DNA of 40,149 nucleotides from an uncultured Muribaculaceae bacterium (GCA_964649555.1 CAZYQA010000001.1:1-40149); one strand, 5' to 3'. Positions 26,281 to 33,745 are shown, numbered from the stretch's first letter. Numbers and translations are program-made. Notes: generated by a model not told the origin, from the letters alone.

Positions 26281-26476
26281 TTATAATACTACTTGAAACT
26301 TATCCTCGATACGAGATTCTACCCTCTGCATATCTTCGGCAATCTTGTGTTCGGTGATTTTTGCATAAATTTGAGTAGAACGCAAATCACGATGTCCCAA
26401 CATTCGTCTAACACTCTCAATAGGCACTCCTTGCGAGAGGCAAATCTCGGTTGCGTAGGTGTGCCGTAAGCAATGA
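26281..26476 (-). pseudogene. C-terminal fragment of a tyrosine integrase (first gene of the outer element's tandem pair)
   Basis: Family homology covers only HCLRHTYATEICLSQGVPIESVRRMLGHRDLRSTQIYAKITEHKIAEDM.... It ends 13 nt before the next integrase start. The upstream residues MLMPALPCII of the 26281..26505 ORF are not integrase-like. Confidence 0.8.
26470..26476. repeat. Left copy of the 7-bp direct repeat GCAATGA at the integrase break point
   Basis: Identical 7-mer at 39877-39883. Both copies encode the in-frame His-Cys (cat tgc) of the integrase H.xR box on the minus strand. Confidence 0.6.
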
Positions 26477-26612
26477 ATAATACACGGCAAAGCAGGCATA
26501 AGCAAGATGAAGAAAGCTAGCAGGTAATATGTTTGAAATGAGTTAGTTTGCGGTTATTTGCAGTTTTAGAAAAATGAGGAATAAAGCGAAATTATGCGAT
26601 ATTTCCGTTACC

Positions 26613-26624
26613 AAATCGTTAGCT
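26613..26624. repeat. Left copy of the subterminal 12-bp direct repeat AAATCGTTAGCT
   Basis: Identical 12-mer at 39801-39812. The copies lie about 140 bp and about 65 bp inside the proposed element ends. Confidence 0.5.
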
Positions 26625-26725
26625 TATTAGTTACCAACCTGAAACAGGTAACTCATAGCAGATAAAAGAATTGCAAACCAAATACTATTTCGCTGATTCA
26701 CACTATTTTGCATGTCAATGAACGC

Positions 26726-26761
26726 TTGTAAACCCGATAACTTTGCTGTCGAAATATCGAC
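26726..26761 (+). promoter_or_regulatory. Long imperfect hairpin/palindrome just upstream of the first inner-element integrase
   Basis: GATAAC(TT)TGCTGTCG-AAATAT-CGACAGCAGTTATC gives 14 paired positions with a 2-nt bulge. It ends 28 nt before ATG 26790. Confidence 0.4.
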
Positions 26762-26789
26762 AGCAGTTATCACAAAAATTATAAGCGTT

Positions 26790-28019
26790 ATGAAAAACGA
26801 AAAATTCAAGGTATTACTCTACCTCAAAAAGAGTAGCCCCGATAAGTCGGGCAAAGCCCCAATTATGGGGCGTATTACCGTTGGGCGTTCAATGGCTCAA
26901 TTCAATTGCAAAATCTCTTGTGCACCCACACTCTGGAATCCCCGAGAGAGCCGATTAAATGGCAAATCAAAAGTGGCGGTAGCCACTAATGCCAAGTTGG
27001 ATAAGTTACTGCTATCAATTAACGAGGCTTACAACTCACTCTTGGAACGTAAGCAACAATTCTCGGCAACCGATGTAAAGGAACAGTTTCAGGGAAGTGT
27101 AGAGACTCAAATGACTCTGCTCAGACGATTGGTGTTATACACTGATGACTTAAAATCTCGTGTAGGTGTTGATGTTGCCAAAGGAACCATTCCGAATTAT
27201 CACTACACTCATAAATCTCTTGTCGAATTCATCAAACTAAGGTTCAATGTTTCGGATATGGCATTCGGGCAACTCAACGAACAGTTTATTCGGGATTATC
27301 AAGATTTTTGCTTGATGGATAAAAGTTTGGCTATGGACACTGTACGCCACTACTTGGCTATTTTGAAGAAGATTTGTAAGATGGCATTCAAAGAAGGTGC
27401 ATCCGAGAAGTGCCATTTTGCACATTACAAACTACCTAAACAAAAAGAGAGTACCCCTAAAGCCCTCTCTCGTGAGGACTTTGAAAAGATACGAGACCTT
27501 GATATCCCAAAGCAGAGAACTTCGTATGTTATAACAAGAGACCTTTTTCTTTTTGCCTGTTATACGGGTACTTCGTATGCCGACACGGTGTCTATTACCG
27601 AAGATAACCTTTCCAGAGACGATAATGGTGAATTATGGCTAAAATACCGCCGAAAGAAAAATGAGATGTTGGCACGGGTAAAACTACTACCCGAAGCATT
27701 AGACCTGATAGAGAAGTATAAGAGTTCGGATCGTGATACACTTTTTCCTGTACAACATTATGCTACTCTTAGAGCCAATATGAAAGGTCTTCGGGTAATG
27801 TCGGGAATGAAAGAAGATTTGGTCTACCATGCCGGAAGGCACTCATTTTCGAGTCTTATCACATTAGAGCAGGGAGTACCCATTGAGACTATCAGTCGCA
27901 TGCTTGGTCATAGTAATATTAAGACTACCCAAGTGTACGCCCGTGTGACCCCGAAGAAACTATTTGAGGATATGGATAAGTTTATCGAAGCAACACAAGA
28001 TTTAGTATTAACCCTATAA
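26790..28019 (+). CDS. Tyrosine site-specific integrase (inner element, first of tandem pair)
   Basis: 409 aa counted from ATG 26790 (MKNEKFKVLLYLKKSS...). Motifs: FACYTGTSYAD, HAGRHSFSS, LGHSNIKTTQVYARV. The extension to 26712 in the ORF track is not family-like. Confidence 0.9.
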   Translation: MKNEKFKVLLYLKKSSPDKSGKAPIMGRITVGRSMAQFNCKISCAPTLWNPRESRLNGKSKVAVATNAKLDKLLLSINEAYNSLLERKQQFSATDVKEQFQGSVETQMTLLRRLVLYTDDLKSRVGVDVAKGTIPNYHYTHKSLVEFIKLRFNVSDMAFGQLNEQFIRDYQDFCLMDKSLAMDTVRHYLAILKKICKMAFKEGASEKCHFAHYKLPKQKESTPKALSREDFEKIRDLDIPKQRTSYVITRDLFLFACYTGTSYADTVSITEDNLSRDDNGELWLKYRRKKNEMLARVKLLPEALDLIEKYKSSDRDTLFPVQHYATLRANMKGLRVMSGMKEDLVYHAGRHSFSSLITLEQGVPIETISRMLGHSNIKTTQVYARVTPKKLFEDMDKFIEATQDLVLTL

Positions 28020-28030
28020 TATTAAAAGCG

Positions 28031-29233
28031 ATGCGTAGCACATTTTCTATATTATTCTATATCAATAGAAACAAAGTAAAAGCAGACGGCACAACTGCCG
28101 TTATGTGTAGAATCTCCATAGATGGCAAAATATCGGTTCTCTCAACGGGCGTAAACTGCAATCCCGAACATTGGAAACTAGAGAGTAAAAACAACAAAGA
28201 GTTACTAAAATTACGAACCACCATTGAGCAGACATACGATAAAATACTCAAAGATACAGGTGTTGTCAGTGCAGAACTGCTGAAAAATACCATTGTAGGG
28301 GTAAATGCAGTACCTACGACTTTGTTACAAGCAGGAGAGGTTGAGCGGGAGCGGTTAAGACTTCGTTCAATTGAGATAAAATCAACATCATCACATAGAC
28401 AAAGTAAGACAACCCAACTAAATCTGAGCGATTATATTCAATCTCGTGGATTGATAGATATACCATTTGCGGATATTACAGAGGAGTTCGGAGAGTCTTT
28501 TAAGGTTTTTCTAAAACGTGAGCGAGATTACAGTGCTTCACATATTAACCATTGTCTTTGCTGGTTAAATCGGCTTATTTACATAGCAGTAGATCAAGAG
28601 ATAATTCGCTACAATCCATTGGAGGAGGTAAAATACGAGAAGAAGAAAGCTCCACAGATACGCCATATTACACGCAATCAACTAAAACAGTTGATGCAGA
28701 CCCCGATGCAAGACAAGATGATGGAACTTGCCAGACGGATGTTTATCTTTTCATCGTTCTGTGGTTTGGCTTATGTGGATATATTAAGGCTCTATCCGCA
28801 CCATATCGGCAAAGCATCTGATGGTAGACTCTATATCCGTCAGAAGCGAGGCAAGACTAAGGTAGAGGCCTTTGTTCCACTGCATCCCATTGCCGAGCGA
28901 ATACTTATGATGTACAACACCACCGATGAAACAAACCCAGTATTTCCACTTCCAAATAGAGATTTGCTTTGGCGAGATATTAACGCCATCGGAATAGCCT
29001 TTGGATTTAAGCAGAACCTTTCGCATCATCAAAGTCGGCACACGTTCGGAACTCTCTTACTTTCAGAGGGTATTTCGATTGAAAGTATTGCCAAGATGAT
29101 GGGGCATACAAATATTTCGAGCACTCAAGTTTATGCAAAAGTTACCGATGATAAAATTTCAGAGGATATGGATAAACTTATCCAAAGACGCAAAACAATG
29201 AAAAATGATGTAAATAACACGACACAATTATGA
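28031..29233 (+). CDS. Tyrosine site-specific integrase (inner element, second of tandem pair)
   Basis: 400 aa. Reads STFSILFYINRNK..., FSSFCGLAYVD, HQSRHTFGT, MGHTNISSTQVYAKV. Starts 11 nt after the previous integrase. Confidence 0.9.
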   Translation: MRSTFSILFYINRNKVKADGTTAVMCRISIDGKISVLSTGVNCNPEHWKLESKNNKELLKLRTTIEQTYDKILKDTGVVSAELLKNTIVGVNAVPTTLLQAGEVERERLRLRSIEIKSTSSHRQSKTTQLNLSDYIQSRGLIDIPFADITEEFGESFKVFLKRERDYSASHINHCLCWLNRLIYIAVDQEIIRYNPLEEVKYEKKKAPQIRHITRNQLKQLMQTPMQDKMMELARRMFIFSSFCGLAYVDILRLYPHHIGKASDGRLYIRQKRGKTKVEAFVPLHPIAERILMMYNTTDETNPVFPLPNRDLLWRDINAIGIAFGFKQNLSHHQSRHTFGTLLLSEGISIESIAKMMGHTNISSTQVYAKVTDDKISEDMDKLIQRRKTMKNDVNNTTQL

Positions 29234-29592
29234 AAAGAAATGTAATTACAATCAGCGATAACGATAAAATAACCGTTCCTGATAATATAAAAATGAATAT
29301 CACTGAAATTTCCCATCTTTTTGGACTATACTACCAACAAACTAAAAAGGCCATCCGAGAGATTGAAAAATCAAATATAGCACAAGGTGATTTTTCTACT
29401 GGCGGAGAAGTCGAAAACTCTAAGATTTACCCTGATTACTACGGATTGGATATGGTTATTGGGGTAGCTTTTAGAGTAAACACCTATGAGGCAGATGTTT
29501 TTAGAAAATGGATATTAAAGCGAATAACTATCCACCAAAAACAATCACCGCATATATTTATCCAACTACCATCAACTCAAATTTTCAACTAA
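29230..29592 (+). CDS. RhuM-like small DNA-binding protein (N-terminal RhuM-type region only)
   Basis: 120 aa. Its ATG overlaps the integrase stop (ATGA). ITEISHLFGLYYQQTKKAIREIEKSN and YYGLDMVIGVAFRVNTYEADVFRKWI resemble the conserved N-terminal region of RhuM family proteins. Confidence 0.5.
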   Translation: MKRNVITISDNDKITVPDNIKMNITEISHLFGLYYQQTKKAIREIEKSNIAQGDFSTGGEVENSKIYPDYYGLDMVIGVAFRVNTYEADVFRKWILKRITIHQKQSPHIFIQLPSTQIFN

Positions 29593-29835
29593 TGAAATAT
29601 ATTTTTAAATAATGCCCCAATCGGGTGCACTCATTTTCGTATGCAGGGCAAAGATTGTTTCGGTAGAGAGAACATTCAAGTTCAAGCCCTTGTAGGGTTA
29701 CGACTGAAATCTCCACACCTTCGCTTTAGCTTCGGGTTGTATTTAAGTCGTAAAACTTGCCTGTACACTCTCCCTACACAAGAGAAGCCCCTGCAACGAA
29801 AACGACCGACCCGACAATGACGCATAGTTCCAATA

Positions 29836-29875
29836 ACAGAAAAAGCACATCTTAAGAAAGATATGCTTTTTCTGT
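29836..29875. terminator. Hairpin between convergent RhuM-like and HTH genes (likely bidirectional terminator)
   Basis: Perfect 12-bp stem ACAGAAAAAGCA (29836-29847) / TGCTTTTTCTGT (29864-29875), with further pairing possible inside the loop. It lies about 50 nt downstream of the 29926 stop on the minus strand. Confidence 0.5.
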
Positions 29876-29925
29876 TTAATGCGTCTGCAACTTCAACTCC
29901 CTTACCTCTAAATCTGCATAGATTA

Positions 29926-30219
29926 TCATTTACGTGCCTTAATATAGTGTTTTGATAACATCTCTTGTATATCACTCTCTGCATACAAACACTTGCCTCT
30001 TAAAGCAATATAAGCTATTTTTCCTTCTGTGCGCCAATCCTGTAGAGTACGCCTGCTTACTTTCAATCTTGCCGACACTTCTCGGTCGGTTAGATAAGTT
30101 TCACCATTTAGGGATACCTTACGGTTGTTGGTTAACTTTTCAATGCTTGCCAAAATTCTATCAAGCGTTTTTACAAACCCAAGCACTTGCGGATTCTCTT
30201 TTGTTATAATTGTACTCAT
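29926..30219 (-). CDS. Helix-turn-helix (excisionase-like HTH_17) protein
   Basis: 97 aa. Reads LNGETYLTDREVSARLKVSRRTLQDWRTEGKIAYIALRGKCLYAESDIQEML. Overlaps the upstream HTH gene by 4 nt (ATGA). Confidence 0.8.
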   Translation of the reverse strand: MSTIITKENPQVLGFVKTLDRILASIEKLTNNRKVSLNGETYLTDREVSARLKVSRRTLQDWRTEGKIAYIALRGKCLYAESDIQEMLSKHYIKARK

Positions 30220-30500
30220 ACCTTTTTCTGTTTTAATCGGTTAATTACTTGCTCTACATCTTCAGGGCGATAGAACATCTTATGCCCAACCTCGCTAAAC
30301 GCTAAAGTTCCGTTGTCTCTATATGTTTGAAGCGTTCTTTTTGAGATACTGAGTATCTCGCACACATCCTGATTATCGAGCCACTTTTGCAGGCTCTTAT
30401 CTTCACTGTTTTTACATAGAATTTCGACCCTCTGGGCAATGGCATCAAGCTTCGCCATCATCATCTCCCAAGCTTGGGATTCTACATTGATTATTTCCAT
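30216..30500 (-). CDS. Helix-turn-helix (excisionase-like HTH_17) protein
   Basis: 94 aa. Reads WLDNQDVCEILSISKRTLQTYRDNGTLAFSEVGHKMFYRPEDVEQVI. Homolog of the 23062..23334 product. Confidence 0.8.
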   Translation of the reverse strand: MEIINVESQAWEMMMAKLDAIAQRVEILCKNSEDKSLQKWLDNQDVCEILSISKRTLQTYRDNGTLAFSEVGHKMFYRPEDVEQVINRLKQKKV

Positions 30501-30700
30501 AATTTATATCATTTAATTGGTTTGACTTCTATTTCTAAAAGCAAAGAAATAATGAAAAATTAAGCAAACAATGGGTTTCTGGAAAGTGGCAGCTTGTGGC
30601 GTCAGAATGGAAGTGATTGGCGTTAGAGCCAGGGAAAGTGTCAAAACGGAATCATAGATTCAAATACTAACTCTATTGTATCGCTCAATCATTGTAGACG

Positions 30701-30748
30701 TGAATCTTTACGACAGTACGACAATGAATCTTTGCGTCAGTACGACAA
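30701..30748. repeat. Tandem 24-bp direct repeat (2 units, 22/24 identical)
   Basis: TGAATCTTTACGACAGTACGACAA (30701-30724) is followed immediately by TGAATCTTTGCGTCAGTACGACAA (30725-30748). Confidence 0.8.
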
Positions 30749-31061
30749 TAAATTTATGAATCAATAACAAAGCAGCTACTTGAATCAATACTTTTGTAAA
30801 GACCTGATGTCGTATGTCAACAAGACACTACTTAATGGAATCATTAAAGGCTTTAATCAGCAAATCTTTACATAGTTGCTTATCTGATGAATCAATGATG
30901 TAAATTGGGCGTTCTATTCGCATTAATTAGAAGCAGTGTAGTATAACTTGCTGCATATTGCTTGATTATGCATAAAAAATAAACTATCCGATACGAACAA
31001 TATCATATTGGTAGATGAATTATAATAAACCGTCTCGGGTTCCTTGATATTGATTTACTTG

Positions 31062-31086
31062 AATCCGTCACCACGACGGATTTTTA
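31062..31086 (+). terminator. Orphan rho-independent-terminator-like hairpin
   Basis: AATCCGTC-ACCAC-GACGGATT followed by TTTAT. No plus-strand ORF lies upstream within about 500 nt. Confidence 0.45.
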
Positions 31087-31403
31087 TGTTCATCAGAACA
31101 TAGCAAGGTGTCTTTTGAGTTACTCAAAAGTCGGAGAGTAACTCTCCAAACCTTGCCCTTGCAGGGAGCAATCTCCCTCCGAAGTCGGGAAATTTAAACA
31201 GATGTTGATTGATTCGCAAATAGCATTAAAACTATAATGAATTATTGTCGAAAACAGAAGAGTGAACTCAAAGAGTTTAAATCTGAACTTTCGATTTTGG
31301 AGCGTAAAATCCAGTTGGAGCTTGCACCACCTGATAAGTCGGAGCAGATTTCTGGCAATGCCAAAGAGCAAAGTCTAAATAAAAAATTTGGATAATTGAA
31401 ATA

Positions 31404-31424
31404 ATGTTCGTAATTTTGCGAACA
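31404..31424 (+). promoter_or_regulatory. Operator-like palindrome, site 1 (ATGTTCGTA-N6-CGAAC), overlapping a TAnnTTTG -7 box; putative arsR promoter/operator
   Basis: ATGTTCGTAATTTTGCGAACA. The inverted repeat is GTTCG-N8-CGAAC and the embedded box is TAATTTTG (31411-31418). A TTTG lies 20 nt upstream, and ATG 31444 lies 20 nt downstream. Confidence 0.6.
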
Positions 31425-31443
31425 CAAAAGAGTAGATATATTT

Positions 31444-31767
31444 ATGGCTAAAAAGAAATATACACAACAAGAGGAGCAGTTGGCACGTTTCGCAAAAGCG
31501 TTAGGTCATCCTGCACGTATTGTTATATTGAAATTCTTAGCTGCGCAAGATAGTTGCTTTTTTGGCGACATACACGAGGTGCTGCCTATTGCTAAGGCTA
31601 CTGTGTCACAACACTTGACGGAATTGAAAAATGCAGGATTGATTCAAGGTGAGATTCAACCACCAAAGGTAAGATATTGCATTAATCTTGAGAATTGGAT
31701 GTTAGCAAAATCTCTATTTTCTGAGTTTTTGAAAGAAGATAAGACACATAAAGGTTGTTGTAAGTAA
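31444..31767 (+). CDS. arsR: ArsR/SmtB family metalloregulatory repressor
   Basis: 107 aa. Winged-HTH pattern LARFAKALGHPARIVILKFL....SCFFGDI.EVLPIAKATVSQHL.ELKNAGLI. Cysteines at positions 38, 79, 105 and 106 (C-terminal GCCK). Confidence 0.85.
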   Translation: MAKKKYTQQEEQLARFAKALGHPARIVILKFLAAQDSCFFGDIHEVLPIAKATVSQHLTELKNAGLIQGEIQPPKVRYCINLENWMLAKSLFSEFLKEDKTHKGCCK

Positions 31768-31786
31768 TAACTATTTTTTGTAAATT

Positions 31787-31807
31787 ATGTTCGTAGTTTT
31801 GCGAACT
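31787..31807 (+). promoter_or_regulatory. Operator-like palindrome, site 2, overlapping a TAnnTTTG -7 box
   Basis: ATGTTCGTAGTTTTGCGAACT with embedded TAGTTTTG (31794-31801). Lies between arsR and the Trx-like gene, about 60 nt upstream of ATG 31868. Confidence 0.55.
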
Positions 31808-31867
31808 ACAAACAACAAAAAGGAGTGATTTATATTGAATTATAATAATTTAAATAAGAACAAAACA

Positions 31868-32101
31868 ATGGAAATTAAAGTATTGGGAACTGGCTGTGCA
31901 AGTTGCAAGGCTCTCCATGAAACAGTTAAGCAAGCAGTCGCAGAATTGGGTATTGAGGCTACAGTAATCAAAGAAGAAGATTTGATGCAGATTATGAACT
32001 ACAACGTTATGTCAATGCCGGGATTAGTAATTGACGAAAAAGTAGTTTCGGCAGGTAAGAAACTATCTGTTGCAGATGTAAAATCATTATTAACCAAATA
32101 A
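31868..32101 (+). CDS. Small thioredoxin-fold protein (TM0996/MTH895 glutaredoxin-like, redox-active disulfide protein type)
   Basis: 77 aa from ATG 31868. Reads MEIKVLGTGCASCKAL... with a CxxC near the N-terminus and a MSMPGLVIDEKVV.(S)G segment. This family is commonly linked to ArsR and DUF318 permease genes. Confidence 0.75.
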   Translation: MEIKVLGTGCASCKALHETVKQAVAELGIEATVIKEEDLMQIMNYNVMSMPGLVIDEKVVSAGKKLSVADVKSLLTK

Positions 32102-32111
32102 ACTATCTACA

Positions 32112-32546
32112 ATGAAAAAGATATTATTTGCTTTGATAGCTATCCTAACTCTATCTTCTTGTGGCAATAGCCAAAATGCAAATGCTCAATCTTCTGCAAA
32201 ATCTACACAGAAAGATATTATAGAGGTTCTATATTTTCATGGCAAACAACGATGCATCACTTGTAATGCCATCGAAAAACTAACAAAAGAGGTTGTAGAA
32301 AAAGATTTTGCCGAGCAAGTCAAAGATGGTAAAATAGTATTTAAGGTTATAGACATTTCAACAAAAGAGGGCGAAAAGGTAGCAGATAAATACGAGGTTA
32401 CTTGGTCGTCGCTGTTTATTAATAAATGGAAGGACGGAAAAGAGTCTAAAAACAATATGACTGATTTTGGTTTCTCTTACGCAAAAAACTCACCAGACGT
32501 TTTCAAAGCAGGAGTAAAGAAAAAGATTGATGAACTTCTTAAATAA
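32112..32546 (+). CDS. Thioredoxin-fold lipoprotein with CxxC motif (CITC)
   Basis: 144 aa. Has a lipobox (LSSC), then EVLYFHGKQRCITCNAIE.... Confidence 0.6.
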   Translation: MKKILFALIAILTLSSCGNSQNANAQSSAKSTQKDIIEVLYFHGKQRCITCNAIEKLTKEVVEKDFAEQVKDGKIVFKVIDISTKEGEKVADKYEVTWSSLFINKWKDGKESKNNMTDFGFSYAKNSPDVFKAGVKKKIDELLK

Positions 32547-32554
32547 TTTGGTTC

Positions 32555-33265
32555 ATGGAGTTTTTACAATCTCTTTTAGAAAATAGCAATATGCCGATTG
32601 TAACGGCTTTTCTGCTTGGAATTTTAACCGCAATAAGTCCGTGTCCATTAGCTACTAATATCACGGCAATAGGATATATAAGCAAAGAGTGCGGAGCCGC
32701 ACGGGCAATTTTTTGGAGGGGCATACTCTATACGGTTGGTCGTGTTATCACCTATACAGTCTTAGGATTTATCATTATCCCGATTTTACGAGAGGGTGCG
32801 AGTGTGTTTGCTTTGCAGAAAGTAATCTCTAAATATGGTGAGATGCTGATAGCTCCTGCTCTGATTTTAATTGGACTATTTATGCTTTTTGGAAGCAAAC
32901 TAAACTTACCTAAATTTGGATTTAGCGGTAATGGAAGCGATAAGCTAAAACAAAAAGGAAGTTGGGGAGCATTGATGCTTGGTGTATTGTTTTCATTAGC
33001 ATTCTGTCCTACAAGCGGCGTATTCTACTTTGGAATGTTGATGCCGATGTCGGCAGCAGAAACGGGTGGTTATCTATTGCCTGTTGTTTTTGCTATTGCT
33101 ACGGGATTGCCCGTTATTATAGTTGCTTGGATATTGGCATATAGCGTAGCCGGACTGGGTAAATTCTATAACCGCATACAAGTATTTCAAAAATGGTTCT
33201 CAAAGATAGTTGCTATTCTATTTATTGCAGTGGGTATTTATTACGCAATCATGTTTTATCTATAA
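32555..33265 (+). CDS. CcdA/DsbD-family transmembrane thiol:disulfide electron-transfer protein
   Basis: 236 aa with about 6 TM helices. One Cys sits in each of two helices next to Pro (AISPCPLA and LAFCPTSG), as in CcdA-type transporters. Confidence 0.7.
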   Translation: MEFLQSLLENSNMPIVTAFLLGILTAISPCPLATNITAIGYISKECGAARAIFWRGILYTVGRVITYTVLGFIIIPILREGASVFALQKVISKYGEMLIAPALILIGLFMLFGSKLNLPKFGFSGNGSDKLKQKGSWGALMLGVLFSLAFCPTSGVFYFGMLMPMSAAETGGYLLPVVFAIATGLPVIIVAWILAYSVAGLGKFYNRIQVFQKWFSKIVAILFIAVGIYYAIMFYL

Positions 33266-33277
33266 AAAATATCATAA

Positions 33278-33733
33278 ATGAAAGTATTGATTCTCTGTAC
33301 AGGTAACAGTTGTCGTAGTCAAATGGCACACGGTTTTTTACAATCGTTTGACAAGGATTTGATTGTTTGTTCGGCAGGAACAAAAGCGGCAGGAAAGCTC
33401 AACGAAGGAGCAGTAAAGGCGATGGCTGAGGTTGGTGTTGATATTTCGGAACACACTTCAGATTCGGTTGAAAAGTATCTTGGTGATCAGTGGGATTACG
33501 TGATTACAGTCTGTGGTGGAGCTAACGAGAGTTGTCCAACGTTCACAGGAGATGTAAAACACCGCATACATATCGGTTTTGACGATCCATCGCACGCCGA
33601 AGGAACACCCGAATTTATCGAGAGTGAGTTTCGTCGTGTAAGAGATGAGATTAAAAATCGTTTCTACGAATTTTATATCAAAGAGATTCGCAAACAAGAG
33701 TTACCAAAGTGTTCTTGTGGCGGTAACTGCTAA
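33278..33733 (+). CDS. arsC: Arsenate reductase, LMW-PTP/thioredoxin-coupled type, with a Cys-rich C-terminal extension
   Basis: 151 aa. Has the P-loop ILCTGNSCRSQMA and the second Cys pair VITVCGGANESCP. An extra tail ends ...PKCSCGGNC. Confidence 0.9.
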   Translation: MKVLILCTGNSCRSQMAHGFLQSFDKDLIVCSAGTKAAGKLNEGAVKAMAEVGVDISEHTSDSVEKYLGDQWDYVITVCGGANESCPTFTGDVKHRIHIGFDDPSHAEGTPEFIESEFRRVRDEIKNRFYEFYIKEIRKQELPKCSCGGNC

Positions 33734-33745
33734 TCAATTATAAGT

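Noticed and set aside
26627-26809. A 60-aa minus-strand ORF, and the N-terminal extension (26712-26789) of the integrase ORF.
   Set aside because: The integrase family N-terminus begins at MKNEKFKVLLYLKK (ATG 26790). The extension and the antisense ORF cover the hairpin-containing leader and have no family features.
29682-29984. 100-aa Arg/Cys-rich minus-strand ORF.
   Set aside because: It overlaps the 3' end of the HTH gene and runs through the terminator hairpin and GC-rich structured DNA. Its composition looks like a translated structured non-coding region.
30701-30748. Tandem 24-bp repeat considered as a CRISPR fragment.
   Set aside because: There are only two adjacent units with no spacers and no cas genes in the window, so it is not a CRISPR array.
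31120-31427. Two minus-strand ORFs (31120..31371 and 31242..31427), plus an unlisted 52-aa plus-strand ORF at 31237..31395 (MNYCRKQKSELKEFKSELSILERKIQLELAPP...).
   Set aside because: The minus-strand ORFs overlap each other across palindrome-rich DNA. The plus-strand ORF is coiled-coil-like and could be a gene relic, but it has no recognisable motif, and the operator/promoter for arsR begins just after it. Support for any of them is insufficient.
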